Source of the DNA: the human T2T-CHM13v2.0 reference genome, Homo sapiens
Length of the DNA: 64,000 bases
Strand: one strand, 5' to 3'
Assembly (NCBI RefSeq): GCF_009914755.1
Contig: NC_060935.1
In this document: positions 1 through 13,642 of the stretch, in pieces
How the letters are laid out: each line of letters starts with the position of its first letter
Position numbering within the stretch: the first letter of the stretch is position 1
The notes under the pieces: model-generated
Told to the model about the DNA's origin: nothing
Database searches by the model: none
Seen by the model: the letters and a program-made list of their open reading frames with translations, nothing else
Program-made: the position numbers and the translations under genes

Positions 1-149
1 TTTCCCTGGGTGTTTGGCCTTGTTTCTAGGTCCTCTTCTGTCTCCATTTAGTTCCCATTATTCAATCAGTAATTCATTCAGCAAGGTAGTGTTCATTTCT
101 CCCTGAATAAGTACTTTTAAGTGGGAGGGCTGGGAGAAGAGGCCAAAAT

Positions 150-320
150 AATAAGCTAACACTTAATCTAACACTTTGCACAGACAATTTCTTATGCCCT
201 TATGATTATTAACCTATTTAATCCTCAAACAACCTAATTAGGTGAATATTATTATTATCCTTATTTTATAGATAAGGAAACTTAGGCTCAGAAAGATTAA
301 TGTAATGTATCCCTAGGCTG
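150..320 (-). mobile_element. MIR SINE
   Basis: Reverse-complement MIR core: attattatccttattttatagataaggaaacttaggctcagaaagattaa. Confidence 0.8.
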
Positions 321-427
321 GCAGTGCCTGGACAGGGCTTGTCTAATTAATATTTAAGCAATAACCTTCACATAGGCATCAGCCTGCTAACGAAGGCTAT
401 TCTGACATCTCCGTCAGATTCTGTAGA

Positions 428-625
428 AGAGGAACACTGAATTAGAGTTCTGAAGACCTGTGTTCTAGTATTTTTTTTTTCTTTTTGCTACTTCCTTTTG
501 CTCCTACAGACTGACTGTGTTTTCTCATGCAAATGAAGATAATATCTGCTTTGTTTTCTTTATATGTTTTGGTGAGACCTGAAGAGACATGTGTGGAAAG
601 GCATTTTGGTTAATGGTGAATTGTT
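428..625 (+). mobile_element. MIR/MIR3 SINE (degenerate)
   Basis: gttctgaagacctgtgttctag...tgttttctcatgcaaatgaagataata resembles the MIR core. Confidence 0.55.
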
Positions 626-1574
626 TTGCAAATATAAAATCAACCCTATTTTCTTTCTACTTGAATCATGCCTGCATCCCTTTTCTCTTACCCTCCCCTT
701 TTCCCAATGGTCTCCATCAATCTAAGAGATTAATTTCTATTCCAAAGAAGGTGATCTTTTAAGTCATTTCCTTAAAACTTGCTGAGATCCTTGAACTGAC
801 ATGCTGTATTTTGTAGAAATGCTGACTTGTCATACTGATGTCCATATTTATGCCTAATTTTTGGGAGAGGTCTCAGATCCTCAGAGCAAATACTGACTCA
901 TTACTTCTGCAGCTGTTTGGTTAGTGCACTCATACATGTGCACCCATGCACACATGCACATACACGCAGTGCCTTCATTTAAACTGATATGGGAAACGAG
1001 GGGATAGACATGACCAGCCATATGGAGAGTGACTCATGCGGCACTGATGGGAAAACTGCAAGTCATCACCTCCTCTGCTGCGCTGAGCTTGCCGCAGAGA
1101 GCAAGGTCACCTCAGCACATTCCATTGGTATCTACTGTGGCCCTGTCTCCCTCATTTCCTTTCTCTCCACCCACACACCCCTGCCTCCCTCTGCAGAGCA
1201 TCATAGACCTTATCCCTCATCTCTCCAACCTGCTTCCAAAGTCTAAGCATCCACTTGTCCCTGAAGGAGAGCCAGGTTTCCACACTATGCTGCCTGACCT
1301 GCCACTGTGGCCATTACCAGACCTCTCTACAGGAAATGTGCCCCTCCCCACACCCAGGGCAGGCTGAGTCAGCAGGGGAAGGATGGCTGGAGTGGCAGAA
1401 TCAGGTTCAGCAAGCACAACAGGCTTAGACCAGTGACAGCCTCACCTGGGCTCTTGGCTGTTGAGTTGTAGCCTTGGCTCTGCCTCTGATTTGACAAGTG
1501 ATATAGGCTTAAAGAAGCTATGCCCAAAAGATACTCTTTCCAAGTCTGCTGCAAAGAGGGACATGTTGATTAAG

Positions 1575-1772
1575 TTAACATTTCCCCAGCACTCACTAAG
1601 TGCCAGGCACTCTTCTAGATAATTTACAAGCCCTTATTTAATCTTCCCATCAACCCATAAGGTAACTACTCTTATGACTCCCATTTTACAGAGGAGAAAG
1701 CTGAAAAGCAGATAGGATAAGAAACTTGTTCAAGGTCACAGCTTTAGTAAAACTGAAGAGTTGGGATTTCTA
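1575..1772 (-). mobile_element. MIR SINE
   Basis: gtgccaggcactcttctag...cccattttacagaggagaaagctga...aacttgttcaaggtcacagc. Confidence 0.8.
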
Positions 1773-1855
1773 CATTCTCAAACACTTCTTCCTTCTACCT
1801 TTCAAAAATGACTTTTTACATTATTTTCTCTCCAGATGATAACTAGAGGGTAGAA

Positions 1856-2435
1856 TGTGGTAGGCAATTCCTAAGAGGACCCCATGATGTGCACCCCTTG
1901 GTGTTACTCTCTGTATAACTTTTCCCACTTCAGTGCAGGTAGAACCTATGATTTGCTTCTGGCAATAAAATATGGCAAATGTGATGAGATGTCATGACCA
2001 TGATTTTGTTACATTATATGAGACTTGTCTTGGCAGACTAGAGTGAGAGAGACTCTCCTGCTGGCTGTGAAGAAGAAAACAGCCATGAACTGCCTATAGA
2101 GAAAGCCATTTGTTAGAGCACTTCTGGTGGACCTGAAGGCAGCCTCTAGCCAACAGCCAGTGGGAATTGGAGGTCTTTGGTCCTATGTCTGCAAGGAAGT
2201 AAACTCTGCCAACAACCTAAATGAACTTGGAATTAAATTCTTCCCCAGTCAAACCTCCAGATGAGGATGCAGCATGGCTGATACCTTGATCACAGCTGAT
2301 GAGACCCTCAGCAGAGGACCCATCTAAGCCATGCTGAGATTCCTAAACTACATAAACTGTAAGATAATAACTACGTGCTGCAGTAAGCTGCTAAGTTTAT
2401 GGTAATATGTTATGCAGCAATAGAAAATTAATACA
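1856..2435 (+). mobile_element. MaLR solo LTR (MLT1F/MLT1E-like), inserted into a MIR
   Basis: TGTGGTAGGC start, ...gcagcaatagaaaattaatACA end. MIR sequence continues on both sides (about 1830-1855 and 2436-2535). Confidence 0.8.
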
Positions 2436-2762
2436 GGTTAAAAAATTTGCTGAATATGATACCCTTAGTAAAATTAAAGAGCTGAGATTTGAATCCAGAT
2501 GTGTCTGACATGAGTCCCCATTCTTAACCACTTATCTATTCTACCTCTTCCACCATTCTCTCCAACCTCTTCTGGCCACTGCTTCGTGGCAACCTTCTAC
2601 CCTTGGTTGCTGAGCACCAATGATGTCTTATTTGTAGAGTTCACCTTGAAGGCATTGTCTCTGATGGTAGGATTTCGAAAGTACGAGGATCCAATTCACT
2701 ATGTGTTAGAAATGACTCTAACACATGAATTAAAATAAGATCTACAAGCCTCTAGTCTATAA

Positions 2763-3011
<249 letters not shown>

Positions 3012-3774
3012 TAGGAGCAAGGTCTTTGAATGAGAAGAAGGATGGAAGAAATATAAGATCAGTAACCACATTTGGTTGACTGGAGTTTGGCGCCCAAGTC
3101 ACCACTATCTGAAGATGGAGGGAATGTCATTTTTGGAAAGGAGCACATTTCTGTGGCTGCTTTCTCCCTCCTCACTAAGCTTCAGAACTCCTATGGTGAT
3201 TTAGCCTTGACGTTTTTAAAGTTATTTTTTAAGGTTTAATAATATATCAAGATAGATTTCCTAGGTCAGATGAGTAGCTGCCCCAGTCAAGGCTGGTCAT
3301 GTTTACCAAGGCTCTGTGCACTGCACATAGACAAGGGAGTGGAAATATCCAGAGCTGCTGCCTAGCTGATCCCCGAAAGAGCAAGATTTTAGGAACTACG
3401 AGAAAGCTGAAATCAAAGGACAATGACCAATGGAACACTTTAGTAACTGCCAGAGATTTGTGTGTGCAGGCATATCAGTGACAAATGAGGCCACCAGAAA
3501 TGTGCCATTTGCTGAATGGTCTATCAGAAAGCTGGTCAGAGGTGGCTCATAGTCATTATGGAAACCTCAGTTTATGGTGTCTCCAGAATGAGTTGTCTTT
3601 AGCTTCCCTATTATTTTGTATAATCCAAGCACCCAACTGATTCATCCATATTTTTGTTTTCTACCCTACTTCTTTTATTCTTTCTGCATGACCCTTGGCC
3701 AGTGAATTGTCCGAATGCAGCTAATCTTATCTGAAACCTGACTGGGAGGCATACTGATGTGCCCACAGCTCTAA

Positions 3775-4093
<319 letters not shown>

Positions 4094-4119
4094 GCAAGAT
4101 CTTAATTCTATAGGTTTGC

Positions 4120-4240
4120 ATATACTGTGTGCATGTATGTATGTGTGTATATACACACACATATATATACACTCACATGCACACATACACATACATGAAT
4201 GTATATGTGTATGTGTGTGTGTGTATATATATGTATACTA
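4120..4240. repeat. (TA/CA/TG)n low-complexity microsatellite
   Basis: Alternating purine-pyrimidine tract. Confidence 0.85.
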
Positions 4241-5137
4241 CAGGATTGGCTGCAAGCCTTTGATAACAAATAGAAAAATACTGTTTATATTCACATGGGG
4301 AAGGGCTTGACTATCAGAACTGAGCTCTTCACAACATAATTACAACTTACTGAGTGCTGTGGCTCTGGTGAACAATGAAGATATAATCAGTGTACCTATT
4401 TGTCCTCCTGGATTCCAGCTGCTGAAGCAATTTCTTTTTCACAGAACCGGCAGTTTTGCGGCTCTTGTGAAAATCCACCGTTTCTCCCCTGAAATCCTGT
4501 GAAATGGAGCTCGCCAGTGGAAGGACTGTGAAAGCAGCCTGGTTCTTGCATCATCTCCATGAAATTAGGCAGATCATATTTTCAGCACTGCTATCCTGAT
4601 TGCATGTTTGTTTAAAATGACAGTTGATGTTGTGTATCTCTTTCATTAGGGAAGCTCAATGATCTTGACATTATTAACTAACTGCAGTACTTGCCGCATA
4701 TAAACACTAATCCGTAGAGACATCTCAGATAGTACTTGAAGAAAAACAAGGCACTTTGAGTGTGAGGAACCAACAGAAGGATCTTGGCCATATGTAGAAT
4801 TTGACAGGTGCATTATCAGCTATTCACAAGCAAGTCATTTTCCACGAGGCCTAAACACCAAGGTACGGAGGGCAGACGTCAGCGTCTGGGTTCAAGCACT
4901 TAATGGGGCCAGATGAGGTGAAGGGGAGACTGGGGACTCCTGGAGGAGGATGAAAGCCAGAGTAGAACCAATGGGCTTTCTTTTCTCTTGTTCTCTGAGC
5001 CCTGGCTGCACTAAGCACTGAATGCCAGGTAACAAGGCCGATAGAAACAGGAATTATCCCTTTGTCTTCTAGATGTTTTAATTGCACGGGCACACTGAAG
5101 TCCTGATTCCAAATGATCAGAATTTGGTGGGCTAGGA

Positions 5138-5426
5138 CAGCAGTCTCCATCCTTTTTGGAACCAGGGACCGGTTTTCTGGAAGACAAGTTTTCCATGGAT
5201 TTCGTTTGATTCTCATAAGGAGTGCACAACCTAGATCCCTCAGATGCGTAGTTCACAGTAGGGTTCACGCTCCCATGAGAATCTAATGCTGCTGCTGATC
5301 CGACAGGAGGCGGAGGTCAGGCGGTCATGCTCACTGGCCGGCCACTCATCTCCTGTTGTGCAGCCTGGTTCCTAACAGGCCACAGACCGGTAGGGCTTTG
5401 TGGCCTGGGGGCGTTGAGGACCCCTG
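5138..5426 (-). mobile_element. MER1B (hAT-Charlie MITE)
   Basis: TIRs CAGcagtctcca.../...gaggacccCTG, internal gattctcat/atgagaatc palindrome, perfect 8-bp TSD GGCTAGGA (5130-5137, 5427-5434). Confidence 0.92.
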
Positions 5427-6095
5427 GGCTAGGAGACCTGGATATGATTTTGGTGTTTTCTCATCCACTGTTTTTAGAGTCTGTGTGCCCTATTACCTCT
5501 TGTGGATACTGCCCCTTCAATAATAGGGAAGGGCTGGGTGGGAGGTGATAGGATGCTCCCACTCTACATCAAAGGACTTTCTGATGGTAGAGGATTCTGG
5601 TGACACTCACCTCTCTTCCTCAGTGAGACTCCTTTGTGGCTACTCCCTCCCGACCTGACCTTCCAGCCTGTCCCTCGCATGCTGCTCCTCTGAAAAGCCA
5701 CTTTGCTGACAGTGAGGGTATTCCAGCGAGGCTCTGCTCCCACTCAGTCCTGCCTTTCCATCTTCTTGCTCTACTCCTTTCTAGCTGGTCCCATTTGTCC
5801 CTTCAGTTCCTGGGCTACACACTCCCCTCCCCCAACTCCACCTGCAGCACTTCCCCGAGAAGCCTACAAGCCTGCTGGATGCTTAAAAAGGGGATCCAAC
5901 ATTAGGTCTTTGCTGACCCCACGTGGTCCACTGTGGTTCCACGCTAGTCTGTTTCTGGCACAGACCTCCAATCCCCAATCTCATCCTGATTTTGGGAATG
6001 GAAAAAACAGTCACGTAATAATGACTCTTGTGAGAAGAAAGGGATAGGGTAAAGGAGTAAAATTATTTTTAGGTCTGTCAAAAAGAGGGAGCAAT

Positions 6096-6402
6096 CTTTT
6101 TTGTTTGTTTGTTTGTTTTGGAGACAGGGTCTCTCTCTGTTGCCCAGGCCGGAGTGCAGTGGTGGACTCACTGCTCCCTGCAGCCTTGACCTTCCGGGAT
6201 CACGGGATCCTCCCACCTCCCAGCCTCCTGAGTAGCTAGGGCTACAGGCACCTACCACCACGCCCAGCCATTTTTGTTTAATTTTTGTAGAGATAGGGTC
6301 TCACTATGTTGCACAGGCTGTCTTCGACTCTGGACTCGAGGGTTCCTCCCATCTTGGCCTTTCAGAGTGCTGAGATTACAGGAGTGAGCCACTGCACCTG
6401 GC
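6096..6402 (-). mobile_element. AluJ, full length
   Basis: J-type features (gagacagggtctc, gatcctcccacctc), (TTTG)n tail, degenerate TSD aagagggagcaatctt / aagtgggagaaatctt. Confidence 0.92.
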
Positions 6403-8009
6403 AAGTGGGAGAAATCTTGATATCTTCAAAATAATTGCTTTTACCTCCCTTTTTTCCTTTTCCTCTTCCTCACGGATGTCATTAATTTTGCTTTGTTGTT
6501 CCTTCTCCAGAATGGGGAATGTGAAGGTGGAGTGGGTATTGTTGGCCAAACCAAGAATACACCACATAGGGGCAGCAGAGAGTTTATTATAGACGAATGA
6601 GCTAGAGACGGGGCGGATCTAAACATCATGACAGTGACCTCCACTGATGGCTTGAATGTACATGTTCCTGAACTGCTTAAAATACAAGTCCAACGTCAGC
6701 ACAGTACTAGAAAGCTCAATTGCAGAAGGTTTGCATTGTATGATCAGTTCACCATGGAAATAGTAGTAAGCATCTCCATGTAAGAGGGTGACCATCTTTT
6801 CTGAGTTGTCTAAGGCAGTCTCAATTTGCTTCCGAGGTCCTAAGTTAATTATAAATAGCACCTCCCTTCAGTTTCAAATGTATTCAGATTTGGGTGATGG
6901 CGGACACACTCACCCTATGCACAAGTTCTCTGGTGTCTTTAACTGGCCTAAATTCCAGATGAGACCAGTTCTGGGAGTGGGAGGGGATGAGCAAGAGTCA
7001 ACAAGAAAAATAACTTTTAAGATGGGTTTTGAAAGTGAGTTTGGCAATAAAAATGGTAAACAAACAACCCCCAAAAATATATAACCAAAGCAGAAGAGCG
7101 GAGATGGGAATGTGAGATAAACTAAGAGGTTCCAGAAAAGTTAAACATGGAAAGATCCCCAGATGTATCTGTGTCTGTAAGTGGGAAAGAAAACTTCGAT
7201 AGGCTGCTGGCCTTGGATGGAAAGGGCATCATTATTGGCAGTAAGAGTTTGGATATGACAATTTATTAATCGAGAACTTTTGATCCTTCTTTTTAGACCC
7301 TTATCCATTGGGCTGTCTTCAGGGTTTTAATAGGTGGAAGATCAGCCTGGCCCTTTGCCAAGGGAAATGATAATGTATTCTTTTTGTTTTCCAAAGTGTT
7401 CATGTGGGAATTGTTAATTTCTGAAATATAAGAGTTGATCTGGTGTTTGATCACACAGGGGACACCCACCATCTGCCATAGGACCTTTGCCCTTCTGGAA
7501 AATTACTGAACCACAGTATATCAAAATGATACACAAACAAAAATCAATTGCTTGAGATTCCAACTCTGACCACAGAGTCAATAAGAATGACAAGGATAAA
7601 TTTGTTCTTCCCTTAAATGCTCTTACAATACAAATAGAGTGAAACTCAAGTATGGAGACAGGTGTAGAGAAACACTTGAAGATTGGGGAAGGCAGAAGAA
7701 GTGGGAGAATCCAAAAGAGGATAATAGGGTCAAGGACAGAAAATAAATAGAACAAGAAAGTAGACATGAGGAAAACCACCAGAAAAAAGCCCTAAGTCCT
7801 CTTCTTTCTTGAAAATTGTATACGCTCTTGTTATTTTTCTGCAACTTTTTCATGTGTCTCAAGGGTAGAAAAGGAAGTAATGGCAACTGCAAATAGCTCT
7901 GTGGTGCTTGCCAGAAGCTGGGAGATGGGGAGATGATCGTCCTATAGAAAAGGGTGCAGAATCAGTGCATTTAGGCAAAGTAACGATGATGCTGCTAATG
8001 GTAAGAATG

Positions 8010-8220
8010 TAATGATAGCTAATTCTTCTTGAGCTCTTAAAATGTGTCAGGCATTTTCTGAAGTGCATGTTTTTTAATTCTTTAATTTTTATAACTACTG
8101 TTTAAGATAGGCTATATTACAATTTTTATTTTAAAAATGGAGAAACTAAGGCACAAAGCAGCCAAGTTAATTGCCCAAGTCACACGACCAGTAAATGTCA
8201 GATTTCAGATGTAAGGCAAT
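8010..8220 (-). mobile_element. MIR SINE
   Basis: aaatggagaaactaaggcacaaag...aagttaattgcccaagtcacac. Confidence 0.75.
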
Positions 8221-8939
8221 TGATTAGAAATGGAGATGAAAGGAAGTTTTTGACTCTATCCAAGATTCAATGAACATAGTGAAAGACATTCAAGGAAAAT
8301 TTCCAGAGGCTAAATATGAAACAAAATCACCTTAATTTCACATATTTATTCAAGAAAGAAAATCAAATGCCCATGGTTGAGGGTGAGATAAATGGGTTTG
8401 TAGATCTGTCTTCCAAGATATGTTTGTGGCTAATTCAGTCTATGCCTTAATACTCATTATTTATATATGTAATAACTAAACTTATTATATTATTATTGTA
8501 ACCTTTTTATATGTATGCTTGCCTGATATTTTAGTGTGGAGGTTGGGGATGTGGAAGATAGGTCAGACACTAAGTAATATTTTATGAAACAAATGATCTG
8601 GAAAAGGTTTGTGAAAGATGACATAAGTGATGGGGACTCATAAGGAAAAGAATGTGTCTTACAGAATGAAGGACACTCACCCAAGATTTGGCAGCAAGAT
8701 CATAGAGCAAAACGAGGGCATCAGATTACAGGGACATTTGCTGAAGTTAAGGGGATCACTCTTATCCTGATTTCTACTGCCTTTGTTTATCATGCATAAA
8801 GCAATTACGCGAACTTAAAGTATAATAATAAAAAAATAGTAATAAAGAAACTCTTCTCTCAAGGAGTTTATATTTTGGCTGGAAAGACTGGATCTACATA
8901 ACAAGGTATTTGCTAATATTCAACCCAGGTAGATTGCAG

Positions 8940-10767
8940 CCTCCGCAACGGCAAAGACTGTATCAACTCGAATAAAAGGAAATCAGCTAAAAATGGCTCA
9001 GTCAAGAAGATATTTATCTCACAGAACAAGGATTTCAGAGACGGGGTGTGGTCACTTTGACTAATTCACTGGTTCAAAGTTATGCCCAAGCTGCAGGATT
9101 CACTTCTCTGTGATTGTCTTGGCTTTCCCCTCATGGTTGCAAGACCACTCCTGCTGTTCCAGAAGTCCCAGGTGGTGTCAATGTCTAGAGTCATAAAAGG
9201 AAATGCCTTTCCAGTTTTAAGAATAAGTGAGACCTTCCAAGAAGTCTCTCAACACATCAGTCATAGGCCAAAGTTGCCTCATGCACTCAGGACTAAACCA
9301 ATAACTTGTAAAAAACAGTGGCAGGTAAAACTGCCAGCACCTTAGCATGAATCAAGGGAGTGGCATCCAGTTCTGCTGGTAGCCATCGTATTATTCACTG
9401 CCGCCTGCTCACAGTAAAGAACAATGCCAGTTTCACTTAAAAATGTCCTTGATGAAGCAATAAAAGTTACTAATTTCATTAAATCTTGGCCCATCAATAC
9501 GTGTCTTTTTAATATACTATGTGACAAACTGGTAGGTACACCTAAGGCACTTCTGTTGCATTCTGAAGTATGATTGTTTCCTGGTCATCTTGAGGCAAAA
9601 ATGCATGTGTGCTTACGTGAGTTATAAGCTGAAGTATTTAATGTTTCCACAGAACACCATTTTTACTTGAAAGAACAACAGAGAAACTATGATTATTCAG
9701 ACGTGGGTATTTGGCAGACATTTTCCCAAAAATGAATGAAGTGAGTCACTTCAAGGAAAACAACCAACAGTGTTTGTTGACAATAATAAAATTTGAGTTT
9801 TCAAGTGAAAATTGGAATTTTGGAAAAATCAGTATCTGTGTCCGCTTGACAGTTTCTCAGTATTTAAAGATTTTTGTGATGAAATTAGTGGCAATGTTAA
9901 CAAATGTAGTTTTTAAAATTTTGTCTCAGAGTAAACAAGTCAACATTTGGAAGATCTGAATAATTCAGTGAACCAATATTTTCCAAATGACCAAGGCATG
10001 CTGTTACAAAATCATGCATGAGTAAATGATTCATACAAAGAACAAGAGAAATAAATGGATTTTAGTGAAACATAATAGAAAAAGTTCATGGACTTGGTTT
10101 AAGATTCCACATTGCAACTAAGCTAAATTACCACTTGTCAAGTTTTGGAATATCAAAGAAGAATATCCACAATTAGCTAAAAAGGAAATATTCCTCTTTC
10201 TCTCTCTCTCTCTCTCTTTTTAATTGCATACCTGTATTATTAAAGATGAGATTTTCTTCCTATACTTCAACCCAAACAAGTATTGCAGCAGATTGAATGG
10301 AGAGGCAGTGATGGGATGCAGCTGTCTTCTATTAAGCCATGTTTAAGAGATTTACAAAGGTGCAGCCCAGTGCCACTCATCTAACCAAATCGTTTTGGAA
10401 GATGTAATTATTCTTCATTAAAAATGTATTATTTATGTTAACATGTACTGGGCTTATTATTGTTCGTTTAAAATGAATTTACAATTTTTTTTTAAATTCT
10501 GAATTTTGAATTCTAAAATGGTAAGTATAAATAGAAATAACCCATATAAACAAAAGGTCATTGAAGAGGGTATTCTGAAGAGTTGAAGTCCTGAGACCAA
10601 AAAGTTTGGGAATTGCTCGCTTAAAGAAACAAGATTCATGCCTGGGCCTGGGAGGAACCAGTCTGCCTTGAAGCAGATGGATACCTGATACCTGAATCCT
10701 GAACCAGTTAGGAATCCTGTCAGGAAGGAACAGGGGGAGGCTGGGTGGCCACTCAGTGTTTGTCACA
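8940..10767 (-). mobile_element. MaLR LTR (MLT1K/L-like), split by Charlie1
   Basis: MLT1K-like sequence at about 8940-9310 resumes at 10620-10767 and ends ...cagtgtttgtcACA. Confidence 0.6.
9310..10617 (+). mobile_element. Charlie1a-like hAT DNA transposon with decayed transposase
   Basis: Translates to hAT motifs: MPVSLKNVLDEAIKVTNFIKSW...ALLLHSEV* (9424-9573), YLADIFPKMNE, FWNIKEEYPQLAKK. Right end ...gagaccaaaaagtttgggaattgct. Left TIR missing; many stops and frameshifts. Confidence 0.9.
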
Positions 10768-10982
10768 GAGATCATTCGGTAAGAAATGGAAACTGGAAGT
10801 AAAAGCTACTCTTACAAGAGGGAAAACCATAGTGCCACTGAGGAAACAAGGCCCACAGATGTTGATGACCGTGACTTCTCCTTCTTTCCTCTCTTATTTT
10901 AGAAAAGAGAGACTCAATGCATTTAGGAGGCAAGGAGGGCAAGCACCAGTGGAGAAGACAGTATACAAAGTAGAGAAAACAA

Positions 10983-11032
10983 GGCCAAGCGCGGAGTCTC
11001 ACCTATAGTCCCAGCACTTTGGGAGCCGAGGT
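10983..11032 (+). mobile_element. Alu 5'-end fragment (~50 bp)
   Basis: ggccaagcgcggagtctcacctatagtcccagcactttgggagccgagg with no further Alu body or A-tail. Confidence 0.8.
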
Positions 11033-11414
11033 GTAATGAATGCTTGGTGTAGATTAGGGACTACTGAAATGCTTGTTCTGTGAACCTCTGCTTCTAAGGA
11101 CAGTTGTGACCTGGAGGTATTTTATACTGCTGGAGGAGCTCAGGGATGGGGCACACCTGGGGGGTCATGGAATGCACCTGCAGTCAGGTTCCACAGAGGC
11201 TGAAGGCCTGCTTTGCACAGTCTCACTGGGCTGTCATCCAGGGTGCCTTACCCACCTGCAGCCATCTTGCTCCTGTCTCTGACTCCTTAAGACTCTGTGT
11301 TTTCTCTCTTATTCCATCTCATGACCCCTAATCCAAACTGCCCTTAGCTTCAGCTTCTCTGGGCCACTGGCTATGAAAATTTAGCCCCTCATCTTGCTCC
11401 TAGTCTTACCCTTT

Positions 11415-11765
11415 CTTGCACACGCTGTTCTCTTGACCTGGAAGGGCCTCCCTTGGTTTCCCATCTGGCAAACACCTATTCATCTCTCAAGATCCAGCTC
11501 TAGACTTTCAAATTCTGTGATATTTTCCTGGGTTCTCTAGGAAGCATTAATTATTTCCTTCTCCCCACAGCTTTTTATTTGCGTCTTTGCTATAGCCATT
11601 CTTACAGGGGATCAGGCTTTGCTGGTTCCACACGTTACCCAGAGTATGCTTGGAGCTCCAGGGAGTAGAGGCTTCGCATTACTGTCAATGGACATGCAGC
11701 ACCCGGAGAAGAAACAGCCTAAGGAATGTGTTTCACGAATGCTTGGGAATCAGTGAAAGAATGAG
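11415..11765 (+). mobile_element. L2 LINE 3' fragment
   Basis: gctgttctcttgacctggaag...cacctattcatctctcaagatccagctc. Confidence 0.6.
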
Positions 11766-13030
11766 AGCAACATCTCAGGGCTGATTCTCTGAGCCATGTG
11801 TATAGGCAAGCCTTCATTCTCTACACAGTTCACCCCACTTACTCATTCTCCTTTCTTTTTCTCATTCTTCTTTGCCCTCAACCAGAAGCCTGAGCCTTTC
11901 ATCTGGTGTTCAGGGAGCCCACTTCTCACCTAGGGCCCAGCGGCTGAATCATCATTACCAATTAGAATACATAGGTATTGTCATTTAGCATAAGTTTTCA
12001 CAAGGCAGCGTCCTGTCCATACTAAGTAGTTATGCATGTGGGTACACTGGATGGAGGATGCTTTTCAAACAGTGAATTGATTAACCTATTAACTGGTATG
12101 TATTGAGTCCATGCAACGTGCCTGGTACTAGTGATGTGGGATTGAGGGAGGAAGAAGTTATATTTTTATGCAATTGTCACTATTTGGTGCTAACAAAATT
12201 ACCTCTAAACTCAAGGAGTTTTTATATAGCTGGGGTTGCTTAATGGCCATATATTGCAAAAGTGGAGGCCAGGGAAAGGTGAACATAACCACCAGAGGAT
12301 GACAGAAGGAGGGGCTGCTAGGAGGTTGGGGAGCAGAACTTGCCTTGGGTCCTGAAAGTGGGTAATAGTCGTATGCTGGAGAATAACACACCCAAACACT
12401 GGAGGACACAGCGAGCTCCGTGTGTGGGGCCAACTGGCAAGAGCCTGGTGGAGACCTTGTGCCTGTAGGGAAACAAAGCCACCTGGAGGGGCAGGGGCCA
12501 GATCCTAGGGGCAGTTAAGAGTAAGCCTTACCTTACCTTCTTGCTTTGGCTGTTGTAGATTCAGGACAAGCTGGGAATTCCACAGAGTTGTGCTTTGTGG
12601 AGATTAGGCTAGCACTGTTCTAGACCTGTGTGGGAAGCCCTTTTTCTTGATAAGTTTTCCTTTTAAGGTTTTTCGTTTTCATCCAAGGATACTAATTAGC
12701 AATGAAGGCATGTTAGATTAAGTAATTTCCTCGAAAGGATATTTCCTTTAAAGATTACCTAGTCTCACATAAAGAGAGGTCAAGAATAAGCTCCTCGCTG
12801 TGTTTACAATTTTGATAGTATCTTCTGAGGCATGCTCCAGCTCTGCTCGGGGCCTCAAAATGCATTCCTAGCGCTCTCATCTTGAGGCAGGTGTCTTGGT
12901 GCTGGGCATCTCAAGCCGGAGGCCTCTGCAGATACTGTTTCCTGAGTAGGGCTCTGATCTGGAGGCTCGTAGCATCTCAGAAGTTCCTCATGCCCAATGT
13001 CTGTGAAAATACAAGAAAGCCTTTTACCTA

Positions 13031-13033
<3 letters not shown>

Positions 13034-13062
<29 letters not shown>
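13034..13062. repeat. poly(T)29
   Basis: Uninterrupted T run with no adjacent retroelement body. Confidence 0.95.
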
Positions 13063-13067
<5 letters not shown>

Positions 13068-13465
13068 CGAGGGATTTTTACATTTAGCTCAATGACTGGA
13101 GGTGACACAGCTCCAACAATGGTCTGCAGTGGGTTGTCTGAGACCACTGGGATACACTTATGGATCTATAAAACAAACAACAAACAAACAATAAACACTT
13201 GTATCACAGCAGAGGGTGGCACTATGTTGAAAATCCTTAAATAAACTCAGACCATGTTCTAAACTGACTTCATAGTGCATAATGGACTCTCCCATCTAAC
13301 TTTGTTTTTACGTGAAAACCCATTTTGGATTGCAAGTCAAGGGCTCAGGTGTGCATTTTTCTCTAGTGCAACTGTGAGAAAGGGAAGGGATCTTCTTCAC
13401 CTTTGCTCTTTGCCTTGAAGAACAAACAGGCTGCTTACAGCCCTGGCAGTGGGACTTGGGAGTCT

Positions 13466-13642
13466 GGTGACCAGGGACAGCTCAGGTTTACGTCTGCTGT
13501 CCCGTGTACCCACGACTGGAGCTTCCAGGGACAGCTCAGGTTTAAGCCCACTGTCCTGTGTACCCACAACTAGAGCCTTCTTTCATTTTCAGAAGTTCCC
13601 GATTTGGACAATACATTGAAATACGCAAAACAGCTGATCACC
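13466..13642. mobile_element. MER94-like hAT-Blackjack MITE with internal 54-bp tandem duplication
   Basis: ggtgacc...gggacagctcaggtttacgtctgctgtccc...ctttcattttcagaagttcccgatttggacaatacatt...gatcacc. Repeat units start at 13471 and 13525. Confidence 0.7.

Noticed and set aside
6485-6775. Possible exon after a pyrimidine tract + CAG (6510)
   Set aside because: No strong donor, no coding signal and no partner exons; unsupported without transcript data
9310-10617. Domesticated ZBED/Buster-type gene
   Set aside because: Multiple in-frame stops and frameshifts, and the 5' portion is missing
12478-12489. CTCF-like CCTCCAGGTGGC on the minus strand
   Set aside because: The 3' flank does not fit the motif and there is no supporting context
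13034-13062. Poly(T)29 as the tail of a minus-strand retrocopy
   Set aside because: No polyadenylation signal, recognisable body or matching TSD found nearby
13471-13578. Repeat pair as a CRISPR-like array
   Set aside because: Only two adjacent units with no spacers, inside a MITE in primate DNA
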